DNA of 64,000 bases, taken from assembly GCA_903813345.2 (NCBI GenBank), contig CAIIXF020000001.1, forward strand, positions 24,738,001-24,802,000, given 5' to 3'. The notes under the pieces were generated by a model. It saw nothing but the letters and a program-made list of their open reading frames with translations. It had not been told where the DNA came from and made no database searches. Numbering within the stretch: position 1 is the first letter of the stretch; each line of letters opens with the position of its first letter. Of the stretch, positions 38,201-53,200 are shown piece by piece. Origin of the DNA: Owenia fusiformis. Its lineage: Eukaryota. Made by a program: the position numbers and the translations under genes.

Positions 38201-41200
38201 CAACTACGGCAGATACAACAGCAGCTAATGCTACAACTACAGTGGCTGACAAAACTACAGCTTATGCTTTAACAACAGTTGCTGATGCAACAACGGCTGA
38301 TGTTACAACAACAGTTGCTGACACAACTACAGTGGCTGACGCAACTACGGCAGATACTACAGCAGCTGATGCTACATCTACAGTGGCTGACACAACTGCA
38401 GCTGATGCTACAACAACAGTTGCTGACACAACTACAGTGGCTGACACAACTACGGCAGATACTACAGCAGCTGATGCTACAAGTACAGTGGCTGACACAA
38501 CTACAGCTGATGCTACAACAACAGTTGCTGATGCAACAACGGCTGATGTTACAACAACAGTAGCTGACACAACTACAGAGGCTGAAGCAACTACGGCAGA
38601 TACAACAGCAGCTGATGCTACAGGTACAGTGGCTGACACAACTACAGCTGATGCTACAACAACAGTTGCTGATGCAACAGCGGCTGATGTTACAACAACG
38701 GTAGCTGACACAACTACAGTGGCTGACGCAACTACGGCAGATACTACAGCAGCTGATGCTACAACTACAGTGACTGACACAACTACAGCTGATGCTACAA
38801 CAACAGTTGCTGATGCAACAACGGCTGATGTTACAACAACAGTTGGTGACACAACTACAGTGGCTGATGCAACTACGGCAGATACTACAGCAGCTGATGG
38901 TACAAGTACAGTGGCTGACACAACTACAGCTGATGCTACAGCAACAGTTGCTGCTGCAACAACGGCTGATGTTACAACAACTGTTGCTGACACAACTACA
39001 GTGGCTGACGCAAGTAAGGCAGATACTACAGCAGCTGATGCTACAAGTACAGTGGCTGACACAACTGCAGCTGATGCTACAACAACAGTTGCTGACACAA
39101 CTACAGTGGCTGACACAACTACGGCAGATACTACAGCAGCTGATGCTACAAGTACATTGGCTGACACAACAACAGCTGATGCTACAATTACAGTTGCTGA
39201 TGCAACAACGGCTGATGTTACAACAACAGTTGCTGACACAACTACATTTTCTGACGCAACTACGGCAGATACTACAGCAGCTGATGCTACAAGTACAGTT
39301 GCTGACACACCTACAGTGGCTGACGCAACTACGGCAGATACTACAGCAGCTGATGCTACAACTACAGTGGCTGACAAAACTGCAGCTGATGCTACAACAA
39401 CAGTTGCTGATGCAACAACGGCTGATGTTACAAAAACAGTTGCTGACACAACTACAGTGGCTGACGCAACTTCGGCAGATACGACAGCAGCTAATGCTAC
39501 AACTACAGTGGCTGACAAAACTACAGCTTATGCTTTAACAACAGTTGCTGATGCAACAACGGCTGATGTTACAACAACAGTTGCTGACACAACTACAGTG
39601 GCTGACGCAACTACGGCAGATACTACAGCAGCTAATGCTACAACTACAGTGGCTGACACAACTGCAGCTGATGCTACAACAACAGTTGCTGATGCAACAA
39701 CGGCTGATGTTACAACAACAGTAGCTGACACAACTACAGTGGCTGACGCAACTTCGGCAGATACAACAGCAGCTAATGCTACAACTACAGTGGCTGACAA
39801 AACTACAGCTTATGCTTTAACAACAGTTGCTGATGCAACAACGGCTGATGTTACAACAACAGTTGCTGACACAACTACAGTGGCTGACGCAACTACGGCA
39901 GATACTACAGCAGCTGATGCTACATCTACAGTGGCTGACACAACTGCAGCTGATGCTACAACAACAGTTGCTGACACAACTACAGTGGCTGACACAACTA
40001 CGGCAGATACTACAGCAGCTGATGCTACAAGTACAGTGGCTGACACAACTACAGCTGATGCTACAACAACAGTTGCTGATGCAACAAAGGCTGATGTTAC
40101 AACAACAGTAGCTGACACAACTACAGAGGCTGAAGCAACTACGGCAGATACTACAGCAGCTGATGCTACAACTACATCGGCTGACACAACTGCAGCTGAT
40201 GCTACAACAACAGTTGCTGATGCAACAACGGCTGATGTTACAACAACAGTTGCTGACACAACAACAGTGGCTGACGCAACTACGGCAGATACTACAGCAG
40301 CTGATGCTACAAGTACAGTGGCTGACACAACTACAGCTGATGCTACAACAACAGTTGCTGATGCAACAACGGCTGATGTTACAACAACAGTAGCTGACAT
40401 AACTACAGTGGCTGACGCAACTACGGCAGATACTACAGCAGCTGTTGCTACAACTACACCAGCTGATGCTACAACTACAGTGGCTGACACAACTGCAGCT
40501 GATGCTACAACAACAGTTGCTTATGCAACAACGGCTGATGTTACAACAACAATTGCTGACACAGCTACAGAGGCTGACGCAACTACTGCAGATACTACAG
40601 CAGCTGATGCTACAACTACAGTGGATGACACAACTGTAGCTGATGCTACAACAACAGTTGCTGATGCAACAGCGGCTGATGTTACAACAACAGTTGCTGA
40701 CACAACTACAGTGGCTGACGCAACTACGGCAGATACTACAGCAGCTGATGCTACAACTACAGTGGCTGACACAACTACAGCTTATGCTTTAACAACAGTT
40801 GCTGATGCAACAACGGCTGATGTTACAACAACAGTAGCTGACATAACTACAGTGGCTGACGCAACTACGGGAGATACTACAGCAGCTGTTGCTACAACTA
40901 CAGTGGCTGACACAACTGCAGCTGATGCTACAACAACAGTTGCTGATGCAACAACGGCTGATGTTACAACAACAGTTGCTGACACAACTACAGTGGCTGA
41001 CGCAACTACGGCAGATACTACAGCAGCTGATGCTACAACTACAGTGGCTGACACAACTGCAGCTGATGCTACAACAACAGTTGCTGATGCAACAACGGCT
41101 GATGTTACAACAACAGTAGCTGACAAAACTACAGTGGCTGACGCAACTACGGCAGATACTACAGCAGCTAATGCTACAACTACAGTGGCTGACACAACTG

Positions 41201-44200
41201 CAGCTGATGCTACAACAACAGTTGCTGATGCAACAACGGCTGATGTTACAACAACAGTAGCTGACACAACTACAGTGGCTGACGCAACTTCGGCAGATAC
41301 AACAGCAGCTAATGCTACAACTACAGTGGCTGACAAAACTACAGCTTATGCTTTAACAACAGTTGCTGATGCAACAACGGCTGATGTTACAACAACAGTT
41401 GCTGACACAACTACAGTGGCTGACGCAACTACGGCAGATACTACAGCAGCTGATGCTACATCTACAGTGGCTGACACAACTGCAGCTGATGCTACAACAA
41501 CAGTTGCTGACACAACTACAGTGGCTGACACAACTACGGCAGATACTACAGCAGCTGATGCTACAAGTACAGTGGCTGACACAACTACAGCTGATGCTAC
41601 AACAACAGTTGCTGATGCAACAACGGCTGATGTTACAACAACAGTAGCTGACACAACTACAGAGGCTGAAGCAACTACGGCAGATACTACAGCAGCTGAT
41701 GCTACAAGTACAGTGGCTGACACAACTACAGCTGATGCTACAACAACAGTTGCTGATGCAACAGCGGCTGATGTTACAACAACGGTAGCTGACACAACTA
41801 CAGTGGCTGACGCAACTACGGCAGATACTACAGCAGCTGATGCTACAACTACAGTGACTGACACAACTACAGCTGATGCTACAACAACAGTTGCTGATGC
41901 AACAACGGCTGATGTTACAACAACAGTTGGTGACACATCTACAGTGGCTGACGCAACTACGGCAGATACTACAGCAGCTGATGGTACAAGTACAGTGGCT
42001 GACACAACTACAGCTGATGCTACAGCAACAGTTGCTGCTGCAACAACGGCTGATGTTACAACAACTGTTGCTGACACAACTACAGTGGCTGACTCAAGTA
42101 AGGCAGATACTACAGCAGCTGATGCTACAAGTACAGTGGCTGACACAACTGCAGCTGATGCTACAACAACAGTTGCTGACACAACTACAGTGGCTGACAC
42201 AACTACGGCAGATACTACAGCAGCTGATGCTACAAGTACATTGGCTGACACAACAACAGCTGATGCTACAATTACAGTTGCTGATGCAACAACGGCTGAT
42301 GTTACAACAACAGTTGCTGACACAACTACATTTTCTGACGCAACTACGGCAGATACTACAGCAGCTGATGCTACAAGTACAGTTGCTGACACACCTACAG
42401 TGGCTGACGCAACTACGGCAGATACTACAGCAGCTGATGCTACAACTACAGTGGCTGACAAAACTGCAGCTGATGCTACAACAACAGTTGCTGATGCAAC
42501 AACGGCTGATGTTACAAAAACAGTTGCTGACACAACTACAGTGGCTGACGCAACTACGGCAGATACTACAGCAGCTGATGCTACAAGTACAGTGGCTGAC
42601 ACAACTACAGCTGATACTACTACAACAGTTGCTGATGCAACAACGGCTGATGTTACAACAACAGTAGCTGACACAGCTACAGTGGCTGATGCGACTACGG
42701 CAGATACTACAGCAGCTGATGCTACAACTACAGTGGCTGACACAACTACAGCTGATGCTACAACAACAGTTGCTGATGCAACAACGGCTGATGTTACAAG
42801 AACAGTTGCTGACACAACTCCAGTGGCTGACGCAACTACGGCAGATACTACAGCAGCTAATGCTACAAGTACAGTGGCTGACAAAACTACCGCTGATGCT
42901 ACAGCAACAGTTGCTGATGCAACAACGGCTGATGTTACAACAACAGTAGCAGACACAACTACAGTGGCCGACGCAACTACAGCAGATACTGCAGAAGCTG
43001 ATGCTACAACTACAGTGGCTGACACACCTACAGCTGATGCTACAACAACAGTTGCTGATGCAACAACGGCTGATGTTACAACAACAGTTGCTGACACAAC
43101 TACAGTGGCTGACGCAACTACGGCAGATACTACAGCAGCTGATGCTACAAGTACAGTGGCTGACACAACTACAGCTGATGCTACAGCAACAGTTACTGAT
43201 GCAACAACGGCTGATGTTACAACAACAGTTGCTGACACAACTACAGTGGCTTACGCAACTACAGCAGATACTACAGCAGCTCATGCTACAAGTACAGTGG
43301 CTGACACAACTACAGCTGATGCTACAGCAACAGTTGCTGATGCAACAACGGCTGATGCTACAACAACAGTTGCTGATGCAACAACGGCTGATGTTACAAC
43401 AACAGTAGCTGACAAAACTACAGTGGCTGACGCAACTACGGCAGATACTACAGCAGCTAATAATACAACTACAGTGGCTGACACAACTGCAGCTGGTGCT
43501 ACAACAACAGTTGCTGATGCAACAACGGCTGATGTTACAACAACAGTAGCTGACACAACTACAGTGGCTGACGCAACTTCGGCAAATACAACAGCAGCTG
43601 ATGCTACAACTACAGTGGCTGACACAACTGCAGCTTATGCTACAACAACAGTTGCTGATGCAACAACGGCTGATGTTACAACAACAGTTGCTGACACAAC
43701 TACAGAGGCTGACGCAACTACGGCAGATACTACAGCAGCTGATGCTACAACTACAGTGGCTGACACAACTGTAGCTGATGTTACAACAACAGTTGCTGAC
43801 ACAACTACAGTGGCTGACGCAACTACGGCAGATACTACAGCAGCTGATGCTACAAGTACAGTGGCTGACACAACTACAGCTGATGCTACAACAACAGTTG
43901 CTGATGCAACAACGACTGATCTAACAACAACAGTTGCTGACACAACTACAGTGGCTGATGCAACTTCGGCAGATACAACAGCAGCTGATGCTACAACTAC
44001 AGTGGCTGACACAACTACAGCTGATGCTACAACAACAGTTGCTGATGCAACAACGGCTGATCTAACAACAACAGTTGCTGACACAACTACAGTGGCTGAT
44101 GCAACTACGGCAGATACTACAGCAGCTGATGCTACAACTACAGTGGCTGACACAACTACAGCTGATGCTACAACAACAGTTGCTGATGCAACAACGGCTG

Positions 44201-47200
44201 ATGTTACAACAACAGTAGCTGACACAACTACAGTGGCTGATGCGACTACGGCAGATACTACAGCAGCTGATGCTACAACTACAGTGGCTGACACAACTAC
44301 AGCTGATGCTACAACAACAGTTGCTGATGCAACAACGGCTGATGCTACAACAACAGTTGCTGACACAGCTACAGTGGCTGACGCAACTACGGCAGATACT
44401 ACAGCAGCTGATGCTACAAGTACAGTGGCTGACACAACTACCGCTGATGCTACAGCAACAGTTGCTGATGCAACAACGGCTGATGTTACAACAACAGTAG
44501 CAGACACAACTACAGTGGCTGACGCAACTACGGCAGATACTACAGCAGCTGATGCTACAACTACAGTGGCTGACACACCTACAGCTGATGCTACAACATC
44601 AGTTGCTGATGCAACAACGGCTGATGTTACAACAACAGTTGCTGACACAACAACAGTGGCTGACGCAACTACAGCAGATACTACAGCAGCTGATGCTACA
44701 AGTACAGTGGCTGACACAACTACAGCTGATGCTACAGCAACAGTTACTGATACAACAACGGCTGATGTTACAACAACAGTTGCTGACACAACTACAGTGG
44801 CTGACGCAACTACGGCAGATACTACAGCAGCTGATGCTACAAGTACAGTGGCTGACACAACTACCGCTGATGCTACAACAACAGTTGCTGATGCAACAAC
44901 GGCTGATGTTACAACAACAGTTGCTGACACAACTACAGTGGTTGACGCAACTACGGCAGATACTACAGCAGCTGATGCTACAACTACAGTGGCTGACACA
45001 ACTGCAGCTGATGCTACAACAACAGTTGCTGATGCAACAACGGCTGATGTTACAACAACAGTAGCTGACACAACTACAGTGACTGACGCAACTACGGCAG
45101 ATACTACAGCAGCTGATGCTACAACTACATTGGCTGACACAACTGCAGCTGATGCTACAACAACAGTTGCTGATGCAACAACGGCAGATACTACAGCAGC
45201 TGATGCTACAACAACAGTTGCTGATGCAACAGCGGCTGATGTTACAACAACAGTTGCTGACAGAACAACGGTGGCTGACGCAACTACGGCAGATACTACA
45301 GCAGCTGATGCTACAAGTACAGTGGTTGACACAACTACAGCTGATGCTACAGCAACAGTTACTGATGCAACAACGGCTGATGTTACAACAACAGTTGCTG
45401 ACACAACTACAGTGGCTGACGCAACTACGGCAGATACTACAGCAGCTGATGCTACAAGTACAGTGGCTGACACAACTACAGCTGATGCTACAGCAACAGT
45501 TGCTGCTGATGCTACAACTACAGTGGTTGACACAACTGCAGCTGATGCTACAGCAACAGTTGCTGACACAACTGCAGCTGATGCTACAACAACAGTTGCT
45601 GATGGAACAACGGCTGATGTTACAACAACAGTTGCTGACACAACTACAGTGGCTGACGCAACTACTGCAGATACTACAGCAGCTGATGCTACAAGTACAG
45701 TGGCTGACACAACTGCAGCTGATGCTACAACAACAGTTGCTGATGCAACAACGGCTGATGTTACAACAACAGTGGCTGACACAACTACAGTGGCTGACGC
45801 AACTACGGCAGATACTACAGCAGCTGATGCCACAAGTACAGTGGCTGACACAACTACAGCTGATGCTACAGCAACAGTTACTGATGCAACAACGGCTGAT
45901 GTTACAATAACAGTTGCTGACACAACTACAGTGGCTGACGCAACTTCGGCAGATACAACAGTAGCTGATGCTACAACTACAGTGGCTGACACAACTACAG
46001 CTGATGTTACAACAACAGTTGCTGATGCAACAACGGCTGATGCTACAACAACAGTTGCTGATGCAACAACGGCTGATGTTACAACAACAGTAACTGACAC
46101 AACTACAGTGGCTGACGCAACTACGGCAGATACTACAGCAGCTGATGCTACAACTACAGTGGCTGACACAACTGCAGCTGATGCTACAACAACAGTTGCT
46201 GATGCAACAACGGCTGATGTTACAACAACAGTAGCTGACACAACTACAGTGGCTGACGCAACTTCGGCAGATACAACAGCAGCTGATGCTACAAGTACAG
46301 TGGCTGACACAACTACAGCTGATGCTACAGCAACAGTTGCTGCTGATGCTACAACAACAGTGGCTGACACAACTACAGTGGCTGACGCAACTACGGCAGA
46401 TACTACAGCAGCTGATGCTACAATTACAGTGGCTGACACAACTACAGCTAATGCTACAACAACAGTTGCTGATGCAACAACGGCTGATGTTACAACAACA
46501 TTTGCTGAGACAACTACAGTGGCTGACGCAACTACGGCAGATACTACAGCAGCTGATGCTACAATTACAGTGGTTGACACAACTACAGCTGATGCTACAA
46601 CAACAGTTGCTGATGCAACAACGGCTGATGTTACAACAACAGTTGCTGACACAACTACAGTGGCTGACGCAACTACGGCAGATACTACAGCAGCTGATGC
46701 TACAAGAACTGTGGCTGACACAACTACAGCTGATGCTACAGCAACAGTTGCTGATGCAACAACGGCTGATGCTACAACAACAGTTGCTGATGCAACAATG
46801 GCTGATGTTACAACAACAGAAGCTGACACAACTACAGTGGCTGTCGCAACTACGGCAGATACTACAGCAGCTGATGCTACAACTACAGTGGCTGACACAA
46901 CTGCAGCTGATGCTACAACAACAGTTGCTGATGCAACAACGGCTGATGTTACAACAACAGTAGCTGATACAACTACAGTGGCTGACGCAACTTCGGCAGA
47001 TACAACAGCAGCTGATGCTACAACTACAGTGGCTGACACAACTACAGCTGATTCTACAACAACAGTTGCTGATGCAACAACGGCTGATGTTACAACAACA
47101 GTAGCTGACACAACTACAGTTGCAGACGCAACTACGGCAGATACTACAGCAGCTGATGCTACAACTACAGTGGCTGACACAACTGCAGCTGATGCTACAA

Positions 47201-50200
47201 CAACAGTTGCTGATGCAACAACGGCTGATGTTACAACAACAGTAGCTGACACAACTACAGTTGCAGACGCAACTACGGCAGATACTACAGCAGCTGATGC
47301 TACAAGTACAGTGGCTGACACAACTGCAGCTGATGCTACAACTACAGTGGCTGACACAACTGCAGCTGATGCTACAACAACAGTTGCTGATGCAACAACG
47401 CCTGATGTTACAACAACAGTTTCTGACACAACTACAGTGGCTGATGCAACTACGGCAGATACTACAGCAGCTGATGCTACAACTACAGTGGCTGACACAA
47501 CTACAGCTGATGCTACAACAACAGTTGCTGATGCAACAACGGCTGATGTTACAACAACACTAGCTGACACAACTACAGTGGCTGACGCAACTACGGCAGA
47601 TACTACAGCAGCTGATAATACAACTACAGTGGCTGACACAACTACAGCTGATGCTACAACAACAGTTGCTGATGCAACAACGGCTGATGATACAACAACA
47701 GTAGCTGACACAACTTCAGTGGCTGACGCAACTACGGCAGATACTACAGCAGCTGATGCTACAACTACAGTGGCTGACACAACTACAGCTGATGCTACAA
47801 CAACAGTTGCTGATGCAACAACGGCTGATGTTACAACAACAGTTGCTGACACAACTACAGAGGTTGACGCAACTACGGCAGATACTATAGCAGCTGATGC
47901 TACAACTACAGTGGCTGACACAACTGCAGCTGATGCTACAACAACAGTTGCTGATGCAACAACGGCTGACACTACAACTACAGTGGTTGACACAACTGCA
48001 GCTGATGCTACAACAACAGTTGCTGATGGAACAACGGCTGATGTTACAACAACAGTTGCTGACACAACTACAGTGGCTGACGCAACTACTGCAGATACTA
48101 CAGCAGCTGATGCTACAAGTACAGTGGCTGACACAACTGCAGCTGATGCTACAACAACAGTTGCTGATGCAACAACGGCTGATGTTACAACAACAGTGGC
48201 TGACACAACTACAGTGGCTGACGCAACTACGGCAGATAGGTCAGCAGCTGATAATACAACTACAGTGGCTGACACAACTACAGCTGATGCTACAACAACA
48301 GTTGCTGATGCAACAACGGCTGATGTTACAACAACAGTAGCAGACACAACTACAGTGGCTGAAGCAACTACGGCAGATACTACAGCAGCTGATGCTACAA
48401 CTACAGTGGCTGACACACCTACAGCTGATGCTACAACAACAGTTGCTGATGCAACAACGGCTGATGTTACAACAACAGTTGCTGACACAACAACAGTGGC
48501 TGACGCAACTACGGCAGATACTACAGCAGCTGATGCTACAAGTACAGTGGCTGACACAACTACAGCTGATGCTACAGCAACAGTTACTGATGCAACAACG
48601 GCTGATGTTACAACAACAGTTGCTGACACAACTACAGAGGTTGACTCAACTACGGCAGATACTACAGCAGCTGATGCTACAACTACAGTGGCTGACACAA
48701 CTGCAGCTGATGCTACAACAACAGTTGCTGATGCAACAACGGCTGATGTTACAACAACAGTAGCTGACATAACTACAGTGGCTGATGCAACTACGGCAGA
48801 TACTACAGCAGCTGATGCTACAACTACAGTGGCTGACACAACTGCAGCTGATGCTACAAGTACAGTGGCTGACACAACTGCAGCTGATGCTACAACAACA
48901 GTTGCTGATGCAACAACGGCTGATGTTACAACAACAGTGGCTGACACAACTACAGTGGCTGACGCAACTACGGCAGATAGGTCAGCAGCTGATAATACAA
49001 CTACAGTGGCTGACACAACTACAGCTGATGCTACAACAACAGTTGTTGATGCAACAACGGCTGATGTTACAACAACAGTAGCAGACACAACTACAGTGGC
49101 TGAAGCAACTACGGCAGATACTACAGCAGCTGATGCTACAACTACAGTGGCTGACACACCTACAGCTGATGCTTCAACAACAGTTGCTGATGCAACAACG
49201 GCTGATGTTACAACAACAGTTGCTGACACAACAACAGTGGCTGACGCAACTACGGCAGATACTACAGCAGCTGATGCTACAAGTACAGTGGCTGACACAA
49301 CTACAGCTGATGCTACAGCAACAGTTACTGATGCAACAACGGCTGATGTTACAACAACAGTTGCTGACACAACTACAGTGGCTGACGCAACTACGGCAGA
49401 TACTACAGCAGCTGATGCTACAAGTACAGTTGCTGACACAACTACAGCTGATGCTACAACAACAGTTGCTGATGCAACAACGGCTGATGTTACAACAACA
49501 GTAGCTGATACAACTACAGTCACTAACACAAATACGGCAGTTACTACAGCAGCTGATGCTACAACTACAGTGGATGACACAACTACAGCTGATGCTAGAA
49601 CAACAGTTGCTGATGCAACAACGGCTGATGTTACAACAACAGTAGCTGACACAACTACAGTGGCTGACGCAACTACGGCAGATACTACAGCAGCTGATGC
49701 TACAACTACAGTGGTTGACACAACTGCAGCTGATGCTACAACAACAGTTGCTGATGCAACAACGGCTGATGTTGCAAAAACAGTAGATGACATAACTACA
49801 GTGGCTGACGCAACTACGGCAGATACTACAGCAGCTGTTGCTACAACTACAGCAGCTGATGCTACAACTAAAGTGGCTGACACAACTGTAGCTGATGCTA
49901 CAACAACAGTTGCTGATGCAACAACGGCTGGTGTTACAACAACAGTTGCTGACACAACTACAGTGGCTGACGCAACTACGGCAGATACTACAGCAGCTGA
50001 TGCTACAACTACAGTGGCTGACACAACTACAGCTGATGCTACAACAACAGTTGCTGATGCAACAACGGCTGATGTTACAACAACAGTAGCTGACACAACT
50101 ACAGTGGCTGATGCGACTACGGCAGATACTACAGAAGCTGATGCTACAACTACAGTGGCTGACACAACTACAGTGGCTGACGCAACTACGGCAGATACTA

Positions 50201-53200
50201 CAGCAGCTGATGCTACAAGTACAGTGGCTGACACAACTACAGCTGATGCTACAACAACAGTTGCTGATGCAACAACGGCTGATGTTACAACAACAGTAGC
50301 TGACACAACTACAGTGGCTGATGCAACTTCGGCAGATACAACAGCAGCTGATGCTACAACTACAGTGGCTGACACAACTACAGCTGATGCTACAACAACA
50401 GTTGCTGATGCAACAACGGCTGATGTTACAACAACACTTGCTGACACAACTACAGTGGCTGATGCAACTACGGCAGATACTACAGCAGCTGATGCTACAA
50501 CTACAGTGGCTGACACAACTACAGCTGATGCTACAACAACAGTTGCTGATGCAACAACGGCTGATGTTACAACAACAGTAGCTGACACAACTACAGTGGC
50601 TGATGCAACTTCGGCAGATACAACAGCAGCTGATGCTACAACTACAGTGGCTGACACAACTACAGCTGATGCTACAACAACAGTTGCTGATGCAACAACG
50701 GCTGATGTTACAACAACACTTGCTGACACAACTACAGTGGCTGATGCAACTACGGCAGATACTACAGCAGCTGATGCTACAACTACAGTGGCTGACACAA
50801 CTACAGCTGATGCTACAACAACAGTTGCTGATGCAACAACGGCTGATGTTACAACAACAGTAGCTGACACAACTACAGTGGCTGATGCGACTACGGCAGA
50901 TACTACAGCAGCTGATGCTACAACTACAGTGGCTGACACAACTACAGCTGATGCTACAACAACAGTTGCTGATGCAACAACGGCTGATGCTACAACAACA
51001 GTTGGTGACACAACTACAGAGGCTGACGCAACTACGGCAGATACTACAGCAGCTGATGCTACAAGTACAGTGGCAGACACAACTACAGCTGATGCTACAG
51101 CAACAGTTGCTGGTGCAACAACGGCTGATGTTACAACAACAGTAGCTGACACAACTATAGTGGCTGACGCAACTACGGCAGATAATACAGCAGCTGATGC
51201 TACAACTACAGTGGCTGACACAACTGCAGCTGATGCTACAACAACAGTTGCTGATGCAACAACGGCTGATGTTACAACAACAGTTGCTGACACAACTACA
51301 GTGGCTGATGCGACTACGGCAGATACTACAGAAGCTGATGCTACAACTACAGTGGCTGACACAACTACAGTGGCTGACGCAACTACGGCAGATACTACAG
51401 CAGCTGATGCTACAAGTACAGTGGCTGACACAACTACAGCTGATGCTACAACAACAGTTGCTGATGCAACAACGGCTGATGTTACAACAACAGTAGCTGA
51501 CACAACTACAGTGGCTGATGCAACTTCGGCAGATACAACAGCAGCTGATGCTACAACTACAGTGGCTGACACAACTATAGCTGATGATACAACAACAGTT
51601 GGTGACACAACTACAGAGGCTGACGCAACTACGGCAGATACTATAGCATCTGATGCTACAACTACAGTGTCTGACACAACTGCAGCTGATGCTACAACAA
51701 CAGTTGCTGATGCAACAACGGCTGACACTACAACTACAGTGGTTGACACAACTGCAGCTGATGCTACAACAACAGTTGCTGATGGAACAACGGCTGATGT
51801 TACAACAACAGTTGCTGACACAACTACAGTGGCTGACGCAACTACTGCAGATACTACAGCAGCTGATGCTACAAGTACAGTGGCTGACACAACTGCAGCT
51901 GATGCTACAACAACAGTTGCTGATGCAACAACGGCTGATGTTACAACAACAGTGGCTGACACAACTACAGTGGCTGACGCAACTACGGCAGATAGGTCAG
52001 CAGCTGATAATACAACTACAGTGGCTGACACAACTACAGCTGATGCTACAACAACAGTTGTTGATGCAACAACGGCTGATGTTACAACAATAGTAGCAGA
52101 CACAACTACAGTGGCTGAAGCAACTACGGCAGATACTACAGCAGCTGATGCTACAACTACAGTGGCTGACACACCTACAGCTGATGCTACAACAACAGTT
52201 GCTGATGCAACAACGGCTGATGTTACAACAACAGTTGCTGACACAACAACAGTGGCTGACACAACTACGGCAGATACTACAGCAGCTGATGCTACAAGTA
52301 CAGTGGCTGACACAACTACAGCTGATGCTACAGCAACAGTTACTGATGCAACAACGGCTGATGTTACAACAACAGTTGCTGACACAACTACAGTGGCTGA
52401 CGCAACTACGGCAGATACTACAGCAGCTGATGCTACAAGTACAGTTGCTGACACAACTACAGCTGATGCTACAACAACAGTTGCTGATGCAACAACGGCT
52501 GATGTTACAACAACAGTAGCTGATACAACTACAGTCACTAACACAAATACGGCAGTTACTACAGCAGCTGATGCTACAACTACAGTGGATGACACAACTA
52601 CAGCTGATGCTAGAACAACAGTTGCTGATGCAACAACGGCTGATGTTACAACAACAGTAGCTGACACAACTACAGTGGCTGACGCAACTACGGCAGATAC
52701 TACAGCAGCTGATGCTACAACTACAGTGGTTGACACAACTGCAGCTGATGCTACAACAACAGTTGCTGATGCAACAACGGCTGATGTTGCAAAAACAGTA
52801 GATGACATAACTACAGTGGCTGACGCAACTACGGCAGATACTGCAGCAGCTGTTGCTACAACTACAGCAGCTGATGCTACAACTAAAGTGGCTGACACAA
52901 CTGTAGCTGATGCTACAACAACAGTTGCTGATGCAACAACGGCTGGTGTTACAACAACAGTTGCTGACACAACTACAGTGGCTGACGCAACTACGGCAGA
53001 TACTACAGCAGCTGATGCTACAACTACAGTGGCTGACACAACTACAGCTGATGCTACAACAACAGTTGCTGATGCAACAACGGCTGATGTTACAACAACA
53101 GTAGCTGACACAACTACAGTGGCTGATGCGACTACGGCAGATACTACAGAAGCTGATGCTACAACTACAGTGGCTGACACAACTACAGTGGCTGACGCAA